From: Candidatus Heimdallarchaeum endolithica
GTDB taxonomy: Archaea > Asgardarchaeota > Heimdallarchaeia > Heimdallarchaeales > Heimdallarchaeaceae
DNA: 64,000 bases
Assembly: GCA_021513715.1 (NCBI GenBank)
Contig: CP084167.1
Location: forward strand, 1,945,943-2,009,942
Direction: 5' to 3'
The position numbers and the translations under genes are program-made. The notes under the pieces are model-generated. The model searched no databases. It was not told the origin of the DNA and saw only the letters and a program-made list of their open reading frames with translations. Below, one piece after another: positions 37,151 to 45,891 of this stretch (its first letter is position 1; every line of letters starts with the position of its first letter).

Positions 37151-38527
37151 TTATTTAATCAGTTTTTCAAGCTTTTCAACTATGCTAGAGATCCATTCGA
37201 ATTGTTCCTTTGTTGGAGCTTCGAAATAAATTCTAATTTTTGGTTCTGTCCCAGATTTTCTAATTAATATCCACGTCCCATCTTCAAAATCGAACCTTAA
37301 ACCGTCAAAATCTAATACGTTCTTTTTATAGGGAGCACAGATTGTGGTTAAGTGATTCTTTAGTGAATTGAAAATAAGATTTGCATTTTCTTCTGAAACA
37401 AGGTAAGATCTTCTTTCTGAAAAAAAACTTGGAATTGATTTAATTTTAGTATAAAGAGAACAGTTTTTTTCCACCAATTCCTTCAAAATTACAACTGCAC
37501 CAAATAATCCATCAATCCACAGCCCCCAATCTAAAGGAAATATTGGTTTCCATGGTTCAGCAGCAAAAATGACTCGTTCTCCATTATTAATTAACTCTAA
37601 AGACTTTGTATGAAGATCACCTAAAGGAGCTCGAATAACTTTAACAGAAGAGCTATCTAGTGAGTTATCTATACATGTTGACGAATCTATACTAAGGACA
37701 ACAATACCACTTTTATTTGTGGTGAGAGATAACTGAGCTAACAAAGCATTTATTCTTGATAGTTCCACAAAATTACCTTGTTCGTCAATAAATGAGACTC
37801 TATCCCCATCTCCATCATGAGCAATACCAATAGCACCTTTTTCTTTACATAAATTAATAAGAACTGACAGATTTTCTTCACTTGGTTCAGCTAAACGACC
37901 AGGAAAACAACCATCAATATTAGAGTTGAGTGTAATTACATTAAATCCAAGTGTAGAAAAAATTCTTGGAGATAAAAGGCTCATCGGTCCATTTGCACAA
38001 TCTACAATTAAAGTTCTATTATCAGCTTTAAAGTTTATTTTTTGAACAATAGCATTAAAATACTGATTATTAGCATCAATTATTTTTCTTTGATTTTTTA
38101 TTTCATCCCAATTAGAATGAAAAATTTTATCAAAAAGTACTATTTCTTGTTCAAGTTTTTCTTGTTCTTTTTCTGTAAATTCTCTTCCAGTAAATAACAA
38201 TTTAACTCCATTATATTCTGGTGGATTGTGAGAAGCTGTAATATAAATCCCTATTTTATGCTCTAATTTTTGCGACATATATGCCATAACAGGAAAAGTG
38301 CATAACCCAACATCATACACTTGTGCACCATTTATTGATATCGTTGCTAATGCATATTGTGCTAATGATTCTGAACTAGTTCGAGCATCATGCCCTACAA
38401 TAATTCCTTCATCAGGAAACATTTTAACTACAGCTTGACTTAATTTTATTATAAGATCAGCTGTAACTTTCTTTCCTAATAATCCTCGTATCCCTGCAGT
38501 GCCAAATAATTTAGTAGAAGTATTCAT
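37151..38527 (-). CDS. phosphohexomutase (phosphoglucosamine mutase / phosphomannomutase family)
   Basis: 458 aa. Active-site ITASHNPPEYNG, metal loop HDGDGDR, and C-terminal RKSGTEPKIRIY. Confidence 0.8.
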   Translation of the reverse strand: MNTSTKLFGTAGIRGLLGKKVTADLIIKLSQAVVKMFPDEGIIVGHDARTSSESLAQYALATISINGAQVYDVGLCTFPVMAYMSQKLEHKIGIYITASHNPPEYNGVKLLFTGREFTEKEQEKLEQEIVLFDKIFHSNWDEIKNQRKIIDANNQYFNAIVQKINFKADNRTLIVDCANGPMSLLSPRIFSTLGFNVITLNSNIDGCFPGRLAEPSEENLSVLINLCKEKGAIGIAHDGDGDRVSFIDEQGNFVELSRINALLAQLSLTTNKSGIVVLSIDSSTCIDNSLDSSSVKVIRAPLGDLHTKSLELINNGERVIFAAEPWKPIFPLDWGLWIDGLFGAVVILKELVEKNCSLYTKIKSIPSFFSERRSYLVSEENANLIFNSLKNHLTTICAPYKKNVLDFDGLRFDFEDGTWILIRKSGTEPKIRIYFEAPTKEQFEWISSIVEKLEKLIK

Positions 38528-38602
38528 TAATTAAATAAAAGTATAGTTCTTAAAAAAATTACTAAAAAAGAAATAAGTGAAGAGGTTTATAATAAGATTG
38601 AA

Positions 38603-39007
38603 TTACCTGTAAGATTTTTGGAATCTTGAGCGAGCACTTGGTCCTCCAAAGTGCTTAGATTCTGTTCTCCTTGGATCTCCAGAGATAATTGTTTTGTCAT
38701 ATGCAACAAATTTTTCTTTCAAAGTCTCATCTTCAAAGTAATTGACAAGACCACGGGCAATTGCAGTTCTTACTGCTTCTGCTTGACCCATGTATCCCCC
38801 TCCACGAACATTAACTTTGATATCTATCTTATCACGAATATCTTGTCCTGCAAGTATGAAAATTTCTTCAATTTTTATTCTTTGAAGTTCATTAGGTAGT
38901 ACTTCAAGGGGGATACCATTAATTCTTACCCTACCTTTTCCTTCCTTTATTGTTGCACGAGCGATTGCTGTTTTTCTTTTTCCAGACATTACTACAACTT
39001 TAACCAT
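38603..39007 (-). CDS. rps9: ribosomal protein uS9
   Basis: GKRKTAIARA...GGGYMGQAEA...DPRRTESKHFGGPSARSRFQKSYR. The start at 39007 (MVKVVV) avoids overlap with uL13. Confidence 0.9.
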   Translation of the reverse strand: MVKVVVMSGKRKTAIARATIKEGKGRVRINGIPLEVLPNELQRIKIEEIFILAGQDIRDKIDIKVNVRGGGYMGQAEAVRTAIARGLVNYFEDETLKEKFVAYDKTIISGDPRRTESKHFGGPSARSRFQKSYR

Positions 39008-39020
39008 AATTATCACCAGT

Positions 39021-39488
39021 TTATTTTCCCCATCCAAACTCCTTACAAAGTTCACCTACAGTTATATATTGACAAGTTAATTTATTCCCATCGGCATACT
39101 TTGGTTTAATAACTTCTTCAGTTTTAACAGTCTCTGGGATTCCAATATGTGTCAATAATCGATGATAGGCAGATCTACCTTTTGGTTTCTTCATAGGCAA
39201 CATCCCTCTTACCGTACGTCTTACGATTCTATCGGGTCTCTTTGGATGGAAAGGACCTCTACGAGGATTGGATAATGTGTGCTTTTTGTGCATATTTAAT
39301 GTCTCTTTCAATATAGAAGCTTTCTTTCCTGAAATAATAGCTTTTTCGCAATTGATAATGTCAACTTTATTTCCTTCTAAAAGCAATTTGGCAACTTCAG
39401 AACTCAGTCTACCAAGAATGGCATTCTCTGCATCTATTATTATTTTTTTCTGTGTAAATTTTTTTATTTTTTCTGTCTGTTTCTGCAT
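39021..39488 (-). CDS. rpl13: ribosomal protein uL13
   Basis: IIDAENAILGRLSSEVAKLL...RTVRGMLP. The ATG at 39488 is preceded by AAGGTG. Confidence 0.9.
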   Translation of the reverse strand: MQKQTEKIKKFTQKKIIIDAENAILGRLSSEVAKLLLEGNKVDIINCEKAIISGKKASILKETLNMHKKHTLSNPRRGPFHPKRPDRIVRRTVRGMLPMKKPKGRSAYHRLLTHIGIPETVKTEEVIKPKYADGNKLTCQYITVGELCKEFGWGK

Positions 39489-39498
39489 TTTGCACACC

Positions 39499-39864
39499 TT
39501 ATACGATTATTTTCACCTTTTTTGGTTCAGGTGGATTCTTTATCAGTTCAGTTAGTGTCATCATTTTACTATTGGAATCAGCAATTTTAGCTTTTGCATT
39601 CTCTGAAAAGCGTAGTGCAGCAATAGTAACAGGATGGTCTAACACCCCAGATGATAAAACAGAACCAGGAACAACTGCGATCTCGTCATTATTAACATAA
39701 CGATTTATTTTACTTAAGTTCACAGTAGCCCTTTGTCTTCTGGGTTTCTCTAATTTTTCAGCAACTGTCTTCCAAATTTGAACGTCATGTTCAGAAGATA
39801 GTTTTTTTAACAAGTTGATTACTTCAATCAGATTTGAATCTGTTGGACCAGTTCTTTTTGGCAT
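39499..39864 (-). CDS. rpl18e: ribosomal protein eL18 (L18e)
   Basis: 121 aa. Sits in the expected position between rpoD and rpl13. RRQRATVNLSKINRY pattern. Confidence 0.8.
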   Translation of the reverse strand: MPKRTGPTDSNLIEVINLLKKLSSEHDVQIWKTVAEKLEKPRRQRATVNLSKINRYVNNDEIAVVPGSVLSSGVLDHPVTIAALRFSENAKAKIADSNSKMMTLTELIKNPPEPKKVKIIV

Positions 39865-39882
39865 GATTATCTCACTTTATTT

Positions 39883-40707
39883 TTATTCTTCTTCGCTTGT
39901 AGTGATTACTTCTAATTTGTTTTTTAATTCGTCGATTCTAGAGAGAAGTATCTCTCCAGCTTTTTCCATTAACTTAGATGGTGGCATACCATTGTTAATT
40001 TCGAAAGAAAAGATAATTTTAGAAGAATCATATTTTATTTGAACCCCCCCAGGTTCGGCAAAGTCAGTACAATAACCGCATAAGTTGCAATTAAGTAGAT
40101 TTTCAACAGCCAATTTCCCATTTTTTACAGAAAATACATTACGGTAGCATGCATCTGCAACTTTCTTTGGATCTTTAATTTTCTCATGATCAATCTCAAT
40201 TACAGGATAAAACTGATAACCCATTGCAGATACAGGTTGCCATTTAGCATGCTCTTTTCCTATGCCAAGCTGAGCCATGCATTCCAACTCTAAAGCTTGA
40301 TTTGGACCAAGTTTTACTATTGGAATTTTACTGTTAATAGGTTCTACTCCCTCTTGGGAGGAAATAAGATCACCACTATATACTATAGCGGGTTCTTGGC
40401 TTGTTTCTTTTGAAATCGTTAAAGTCACAGTACAGAGATTACACCCTATTCCATTACAGTCACATTCATCTCTAAAGTTCAGTTCTAGGGTGTCAGCATC
40501 ATATTTTAAAGGAATCAACCCTAATCTTTGAGCTATAAATTCATCGAAAAGAGGAGAAGTATTCTTTAACACATACACATCCTCAATAACAAGGGTTGGA
40601 ACTTCAGCTATTGCTATTCTACGTATAGCATTGGCAAAAGCGATGCTAGTGTCTTCTAATATAAACTTCACAGAATTCGGTAGTAATTCAATTATATCAA
40701 TGTCCAT
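39883..40707 (-). CDS. rpoD: DNA-directed RNA polymerase subunit D (Rpo3) with Cys-cluster domain
   Basis: 274 aa. ANAIRRIAIAEVPTLVIEDV. Cysteine clusters CDCNGIGCNLC and CNLCGYC. Confidence 0.85.
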   Translation of the reverse strand: MDIDIIELLPNSVKFILEDTSIAFANAIRRIAIAEVPTLVIEDVYVLKNTSPLFDEFIAQRLGLIPLKYDADTLELNFRDECDCNGIGCNLCTVTLTISKETSQEPAIVYSGDLISSQEGVEPINSKIPIVKLGPNQALELECMAQLGIGKEHAKWQPVSAMGYQFYPVIEIDHEKIKDPKKVADACYRNVFSVKNGKLAVENLLNCNLCGYCTDFAEPGGVQIKYDSSKIIFSFEINNGMPPSKLMEKAGEILLSRIDELKNKLEVITTSEEE

Positions 40708-40783
40708 ATAGTGCCACCTAGTAAAGGTTCATCTATACGAACCCAATTATAATTATAAAAAAGGTTTTCCATCAACGTGTTTG

Positions 40784-40886
40784 TGTTCACTCACTGAAAA
40801 TGGGTTATGCTTTCGGGAAATAGAGAAACGTAAGGGTGATTCATATTTTTTTCTTTAACAATAAGAAAGTTTAGAGATTGGTGAGG
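40784..40886 (-). mobile_element. about 100-bp remnant of the 3' end of an IS481-like element (diverged relative of the two full copies)
   Basis: The minus strand reads CCTCACCAATCTCT...ATGAATCACCCTTACGTTTCTCT...AGTGAGTGAACA. This parallels the last ~100 bp of the IS at 11705..11807, encodes ...HQSLNFL...MNHPYVSL..., and ends with the IR-like TGTTCACTCA. Confidence 0.6.
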
Positions 40887-40982
40887 GGAGGGCGATTCGA
40901 ACGCCCGAACCACTAAGGAACGGATGGCCCATCTTCTTTTAGATCTTGAGTCCGTCGCCGTTGACCTCTTGGCTATCCCCCC
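40879..40982 (-). tRNA. tRNA-Leu (anticodon CAA) with ~19-nt canonical-position intron, CCA encoded
   Basis: Acceptor GGGGGGA/TCCCCTC. Anticodon stem ACGGA/TCCGT, interrupted after loop CTCAAG by ATCTAAAAGAAGATGGGCC. Long variable arm. T arm GGGCG-TTCGAAT-CGCCC. Discriminator A then CCA. Confidence 0.8.
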
Positions 40983-41127
40983 ACGTTGGATAAGGGACAA
41001 GTTCAAACAAACCTATTTTTCACTTATTTTAAATTTTTTTGTAAGATATATTTTAGAATTTAAGTCTAGAATTAAAATAAAAGTTCAAAATAAAAGAAAA
41101 TAAAAGAAAATAAGTAAACTTGTAGTT

Positions 41128-41571
41128 CTAACGTTGTGGTTTTTGTTTTCTTCCTTCTACGAGCATTTTAATAGCAGCACCATTTACATGAGTTACTTGC
41201 CATTTAACTCCAGGAATATCTCCTTTTGCTCCTTTTTGTGCTCCACCTATAGAACAAACCAAAACCTCATCATGTTCCTCTATATAGAGTAATCCTCCAT
41301 CGTGAGGAACAAAAGCACCTATTTGTTTCCCATTCTTTGTTAATCTTACTCTCACACATTTTCTTAAAGCAGAATTAGGTTGCTTACTTTCCACACCATA
41401 TTTTTCAACCACTATTCCTCTTGCAGCTGGAGCACCTTCTAATGGATCTGCTTTTTTATCTAATCTTAACATTTTTCGTTTGTAATAACTATCTTTCCAA
41501 CGAAACTTCTTCCTTTTTTGAACCAATTTACGTGCCGCATATTCTCCTTTTGGACTTTTCGAACCAGTCAT
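41128..41571 (-). CDS. rps12: ribosomal protein uS12
   Basis: [23 protein letters not shown]...[13 protein letters not shown]. Start chosen at MTGSK (41571); the track ORF reaches 41583. Confidence 0.9.
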   Translation of the reverse strand: MTGSKSPKGEYAARKLVQKRKKFRWKDSYYKRKMLRLDKKADPLEGAPAARGIVVEKYGVESKQPNSALRKCVRVRLTKNGKQIGAFVPHDGGLLYIEEHDEVLVCSIGGAQKGAKGDIPGVKWQVTHVNGAAIKMLVEGRKQKPQR

Positions 41572-41755
41572 TTTATACACCATAGTTTTTATAAGTTCGA
41601 CTCTACTACGTCTTCCTCTTATGTTTCTTCCTTTTACCTTTTATTAAAAAACTTTTGATTTTATACATATTATTTTTCTTGTTCAAAGAAAAAAATATTT
41701 CCAGAATTTTAATTTCAGCATTTGGATAATAAATTAAAAAATAGTAATTGAAGCG

Positions 41756-43123
41756 TTAATATGAAGTTATCGAAACATCTTTTTTTGCTTTTTCATGTTT
41801 TGGTTGTATTTTATCCCAAATTTCTTTTATTTTATGGACATCATCAGGATGAGCATAAACTCGGACTAATGTATATCTCGAATTTCCACTTGCAATTGTG
41901 TATATATATTTAGTTTCTATTAATGCCTCACTAAGAGTAAAAGATTTCCGTCCTGGATGTATACGATTATATGGATCATAAATGAAAACATTTGATGCTT
42001 GGAACTCATCAGCGCTAATTGTTGAAAGTTTATATGTAGAATCAATTATCATCTTACGTTTTATTTTGATATTATTTGCTTTGGCATACTCTTTAATTTT
42101 TTTAATAAATGATTCATTTGCAGTCATTTCACATAGTTCTTCCACAGAAACTCCTAAAGTTTCCGAAGTTGTTTCATCAATTATCTTTTCCCAGACTGCT
42201 TTGTGTAGACGTCGGTTTAGAAAGTCTTTCACATAGGCCTTAGCTTTTTTTAGCTCAGGAGCCTCACTAGAAAATATTTCCCCTATGAGTGTATATTCGT
42301 TGAGATAAGTAAATAACTCAAAATCTTTTGTACGTTCAATTAAATTAAGAGGTTCTAATGATTCTCTTAAAAAGGATTGAATTAGGATATCAGCTGCTCT
42401 TGCTGCTTTGTGGAAATATACACTCTTATATTCGAAAAACCTTCCTATTAAAGAAGAATAAATATCATCTAGAACTTTCCAATTATAGTGAATGGCTTCT
42501 GCGCCATTATGTTCATGAATTATCGTATTATTTATTATTCTATTAACATCAATTTCGCCAAAATGAGTAGTTCCTGCAAATAGAGAATCGCGCAACATGA
42601 AGTCTAGCCTATCAGCACCTAAAGCTCCTTGAATCAGGGGATGCAATAGATGACTACGTCCATCCCAGACTTTAATCAATTCTTCAGGATCACAAAATTC
42701 CTCAATTATAGGCTTAAGTAGATCTGATTGTATCAATTTATTACGGTGGACATCATGACCGTGGGGATGGTCAGGGTATACTTCTTTGTAAACAACATCA
42801 TCATATTGATGACTAAATGGCCCATGCCCTATATCATGGAGTAATCCGGCCAATCTAGCTAGTTGCACTCTATAAGTCACGTCATCATAATCTTTGAACA
42901 CTTCAGCAGTATATTGACCAGCTAAATGCATAACACCAACACAGTGAGCAAAACGTGTGTGAACGGCAGAAGGATAGACATGACGAACTCCAGATAATTG
43001 ACTTATCCAACGCAATCGCTGAAAAACTGGAGTATCAATTATTTTATTTTCTATTTCTGTTATTCTTATTTCATCATGAATAGCATCTTTAATGGTACGA
43101 GTATATTTTAAATTAGACTGCAT
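41756..43123 (-). CDS. HD-domain dNTP triphosphohydrolase-like protein (dGTPase/SAMHD1 family)
   Basis: 455 aa. RFAHCVGVMHLAG and LLHDIGHGPFSH motifs, and DRLDFMLRD. Confidence 0.7.
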   Translation of the reverse strand: MQSNLKYTRTIKDAIHDEIRITEIENKIIDTPVFQRLRWISQLSGVRHVYPSAVHTRFAHCVGVMHLAGQYTAEVFKDYDDVTYRVQLARLAGLLHDIGHGPFSHQYDDVVYKEVYPDHPHGHDVHRNKLIQSDLLKPIIEEFCDPEELIKVWDGRSHLLHPLIQGALGADRLDFMLRDSLFAGTTHFGEIDVNRIINNTIIHEHNGAEAIHYNWKVLDDIYSSLIGRFFEYKSVYFHKAARAADILIQSFLRESLEPLNLIERTKDFELFTYLNEYTLIGEIFSSEAPELKKAKAYVKDFLNRRLHKAVWEKIIDETTSETLGVSVEELCEMTANESFIKKIKEYAKANNIKIKRKMIIDSTYKLSTISADEFQASNVFIYDPYNRIHPGRKSFTLSEALIETKYIYTIASGNSRYTLVRVYAHPDDVHKIKEIWDKIQPKHEKAKKDVSITSY

Positions 43124-43215
43124 ATCGATTCCTCTATACTTTACAATATTTTTTTAATATTAAATCCTTTTAATCTTTTTGATTTTAGACGATATTTCGA
43201 CAAAAAAGGAGTGGT

Positions 43216-43323
43216 TGGTGGACTGGGCGAGATTTTCCGTTTTGGCGCCCACAACGCCCATAACTCTCGAACTCGCGGCCTCTTCACTGCGAATGAAGCG
43301 TTCTTCCTCTGAACTACCAGCCC
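43216..43323 (-). tRNA. tRNA-Ala (anticodon CGC) with ~33-nt intron in the T-loop, CCA encoded
   Basis: Acceptor GGGCTGG/CCAGTCC including G3:U70. D arm GTTC/GAAC. Anticodon arm CTTCA-TTCGCAG-TGAAG. T stem GCGAG...CTCGC is separated by TTCGA + 33 nt + AT. Discriminator A then CCA. Confidence 0.7.
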
Positions 43324-43502
43324 ACTCTTTTGTTTTTAAGAGCAAACTGTTCTAACATCCAGAACTACAAATCTTAATTGAAATTATGTACAATTTTCAA
43401 TATTTGTTATTGTTTCTTCTTTTATCAAATACTCGTAGTAATACCCTTATTTCATAGTGACATTTTAACTTCTCGCTTCAGTAATAAAAATAAAAGTATA
43501 AA

Positions 43503-43907
43503 TTATTTAACTCGCATTATTCTCATTTTACCTAACGCTTTCCAGTACTCAACTTCACAGCCTTCTGTTAGGTTTCCTTCGATTTCTCCTTCTGGAGGAA
43601 GCCCTGCTTCAAAAGTTTCATAGGTTTCCATATCCATCAACTGTACACTATCTTGGCTTATTGCTAATACTTGAGCAGTTCTTTTATCTATTATAGGTGA
43701 TTGTAGTTTTTGATCTCCAGGTATAGTTATCTCCGTTTTATTTCCTGTGAAAATATTTTCTATTTTCATTCTGCATTTTGCGTGCCCGTGTTTCCCAGAT
43801 TTTGATTTTTCTACATCCCTTACTAGATATACATCGCCATCTTTTACTATATAATTTCCAGCTTTTACTTGTCCAGCTTTTATTGGTTCAACATCATATT
43901 CACTCAT
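43503..43907 (-). CDS. eif5a: translation initiation factor 5A (aIF5A)
   Basis: 134 aa. Hypusine loop SKSGKHGHAKCRM. Confidence 0.9.
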   Translation of the reverse strand: MSEYDVEPIKAGQVKAGNYIVKDGDVYLVRDVEKSKSGKHGHAKCRMKIENIFTGNKTEITIPGDQKLQSPIIDKRTAQVLAISQDSVQLMDMETYETFEAGLPPEGEIEGNLTEGCEVEYWKALGKMRIMRVK

Positions 43908-44039
43908 ATATACTCACATCTTATTTTTGTGTTATTATTAATTGACACTTTAAAAAGATTTACTCATTATAGAGAATTAGATATTAAACTACGGCACTTT
44001 GTTCATTTTATGTTCTTTTTTTGAGTAGAAAGATAAAAA

Positions 44040-45503
44040 TTAGAAATCTAAAATATTAATTATTTCTTTTCCTTCATCTAACAGCTGTTTACATTTGTCC
44101 ACGAGTAAAAATACTTCTTCTTTAAATGAACTTGAGATCATACCTTTCTCTGCCAAATCATTTATAATTTCTGTATCTTGAACTTCTATTTCATCTTCTT
44201 TCTTTATTAAAGAAACACCAAGATCGATATAACGAATATAACCTTCATTATATAATTCTACTGGAGTGACTATTTTTATGTATTCACCCATCAATTTTTC
44301 TTTTCTGTAAACTTTAGTGTGGATAGTCCAACAGCCCTCTTTAATATAAGTAACAACATTATCCCCACTATTAATAGGCTCATCTATTGCAAAATGTAAC
44401 CCTCTTGATGCTCTGAAACTCCGCTTAATAACCATCGTATCTTTGTCCCAGTTTAACTGCCCCAATATTCTATCTAATGGTGACGCAATTAAACTATATG
44501 ATTGTTCTTTAATCAACGAATTTTCTGAAAAATCTTTCTCTAAGATAACTTCCTTAAGTATTTTAGACAATTTCTCAGGTTCAATATCTTGAGAGATTCT
44601 TTCTGCAAAGGTAGTTGTTATCTTTAAATTTTCAGAGTAAGACATAAACCAGTGATATAAAGGAAACGTTGGGGTGATAACACTTCTTATCTCATCCATT
44701 TTTTGTTTTGCTCCTTGGACAAATAATATGTGGGCCACTGTTTGACCTGGCTGTAATATTCCGGGTCCATAAGAAGAACCAGAAATCAACAAATCTAACT
44801 CTTCAGATTTTTGGATTAGTTTTTGTATTTCAGAAGTTAGATCCTTATCACTTACTGATGCAGCACTAGTTCTCATAATTAAGCCATGACCATGAGGTCT
44901 AAGTTTTTTTCCACGTTCAAACAGATCATCTCTATCTTCTTTTGATAATTTTCTAGAAACTCTAACAAAACGCGCATCTCTCTCTAGAATAACATGATGC
45001 CCTGGAAAATGAATAACATCCGAACATAAAGGAAGTTGATCTCCTAAAACATTCAACTCATTTACTTGAACAACAACTTTTTGTCCTTTCTTGTAATTTG
45101 CATTAAATAGAATCGCATTTATTTTTTCTCCGATATCAACAATAGAAAGATTTTTCTCAAAATTTACATGTATTATCTCTCCATTGTATATAGCATGTAG
45201 TTGTACTGGATGAAGTAAAACGATGGAATTAGGGATTTTATCAAAAATATTAGAAATAATTTCTTCAACATACTCTTCATCACCTTCGATTTTTATCCCA
45301 TAACCACCTAGAATATCTGTTATATCTATGTCATGAGCATTTAAATTTTCATTTATCCCGAAAATTTTACTCTGTTCAGCACTAGGTTGTACCAATTTAT
45401 ATCCTAAATCATCAGACAATAATTTAATAATTGCAACATCATAAATACTTCTAACACGAAAAGTTGGTACCATTAAATCACCACTTGAAATTTCTAACGA
45501 CAC
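44040..45503 (-). CDS. FAU-1 / RNase E/G-like RNA-binding protein (DUF402-type C-terminus)
   Basis: The N-terminus FRVRSIYDVAIIKLLSDDLGYKLVQPS resembles the archaeal FAU-1 N-terminus as I remember it. The true start may be the Met at 45473. Confidence 0.5.
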   Translation of the reverse strand: MSLEISSGDLMVPTFRVRSIYDVAIIKLLSDDLGYKLVQPSAEQSKIFGINENLNAHDIDITDILGGYGIKIEGDEEYVEEIISNIFDKIPNSIVLLHPVQLHAIYNGEIIHVNFEKNLSIVDIGEKINAILFNANYKKGQKVVVQVNELNVLGDQLPLCSDVIHFPGHHVILERDARFVRVSRKLSKEDRDDLFERGKKLRPHGHGLIMRTSAASVSDKDLTSEIQKLIQKSEELDLLISGSSYGPGILQPGQTVAHILFVQGAKQKMDEIRSVITPTFPLYHWFMSYSENLKITTTFAERISQDIEPEKLSKILKEVILEKDFSENSLIKEQSYSLIASPLDRILGQLNWDKDTMVIKRSFRASRGLHFAIDEPINSGDNVVTYIKEGCWTIHTKVYRKEKLMGEYIKIVTPVELYNEGYIRYIDLGVSLIKKEDEIEVQDTEIINDLAEKGMISSSFKEEVFLLVDKCKQLLDEGKEIINILDF

Positions 45504-45603
45504 AAACGGTTAAGCATGTCCGAATAAAAGTTTATGCTTTTGAAACAGTAGAAAACAATTAGGTCTACTATAAGAACAGAGGATTGAGGATAAAAAATAA
45601 TTA

Positions 45604-45699
45604 TGGAGCCAGGACGGGGATTTGAACCCCGGAGGCATAAGCCAGCGGTTATCTCTCTGACGTTTCGAGACCGCCTCCGTACCACTAGGATATCCTGGC
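45604..45699 (-). tRNA. type-II tRNA with anticodon CGA (Ser), ~13-nt intron, discriminator U, CCA encoded
   Basis: Acceptor GCCAGGA/TCCTGGC. Anticodon stem GCGGT/ACCGC with loop CTCGAA..A interrupted by ~13 nt. 13-nt variable arm (GGC-TTAT-GCC core). T arm CGGGG-TTCAAAT-CCCCG. Confidence 0.7.
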
Positions 45700-45891
45700 A
45701 AAACAAAATTTCATTATTTTGAATTTCATAGAAGTTAATATTTTAAGATTTCTACTAAGTTCATTTTTCATATTAATATTAATCATTGTTGATTTCAAAC
45801 CAACTCCCAACACAGTGATAAAATCACATCTCACGCGTGATTTCTTCAATAAGATATAATTATAAATAACCAAAATAAGAAAAAAAAAGAG

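Noticed and set aside
40791-41006. 71-aa ORF whose translation ends ...HQSLNFL...MNHPYVSL....
   Set aside because: It is a chimeric reading through tRNA-Leu and the IS remnant. The transposase-like part is only the last ~30 codons of a decayed element, so it is not a gene.
41572-41650. An in-frame basic peptide ([14 protein letters not shown]...) upstream of the uS12 start, considered as an N-terminal extension.
   Set aside because: A TAA lies immediately upstream and there is no start codon before the annotated ATGs. The archaeal uS12 N-terminus aligns from MTGSKSPKG.
43160-43345. 61-aa ORF on the minus strand.
   Set aside because: It coincides with the tRNA-Ala gene plus its intron. The GC-rich RNA gene explains the open frame.
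45494-45873. Three short minus-strand ORFs (70, 63 and 62 aa).
   Set aside because: They overlap the tRNA-Ser(CGA) gene and AT-rich spacer. No protein-like composition or motifs.
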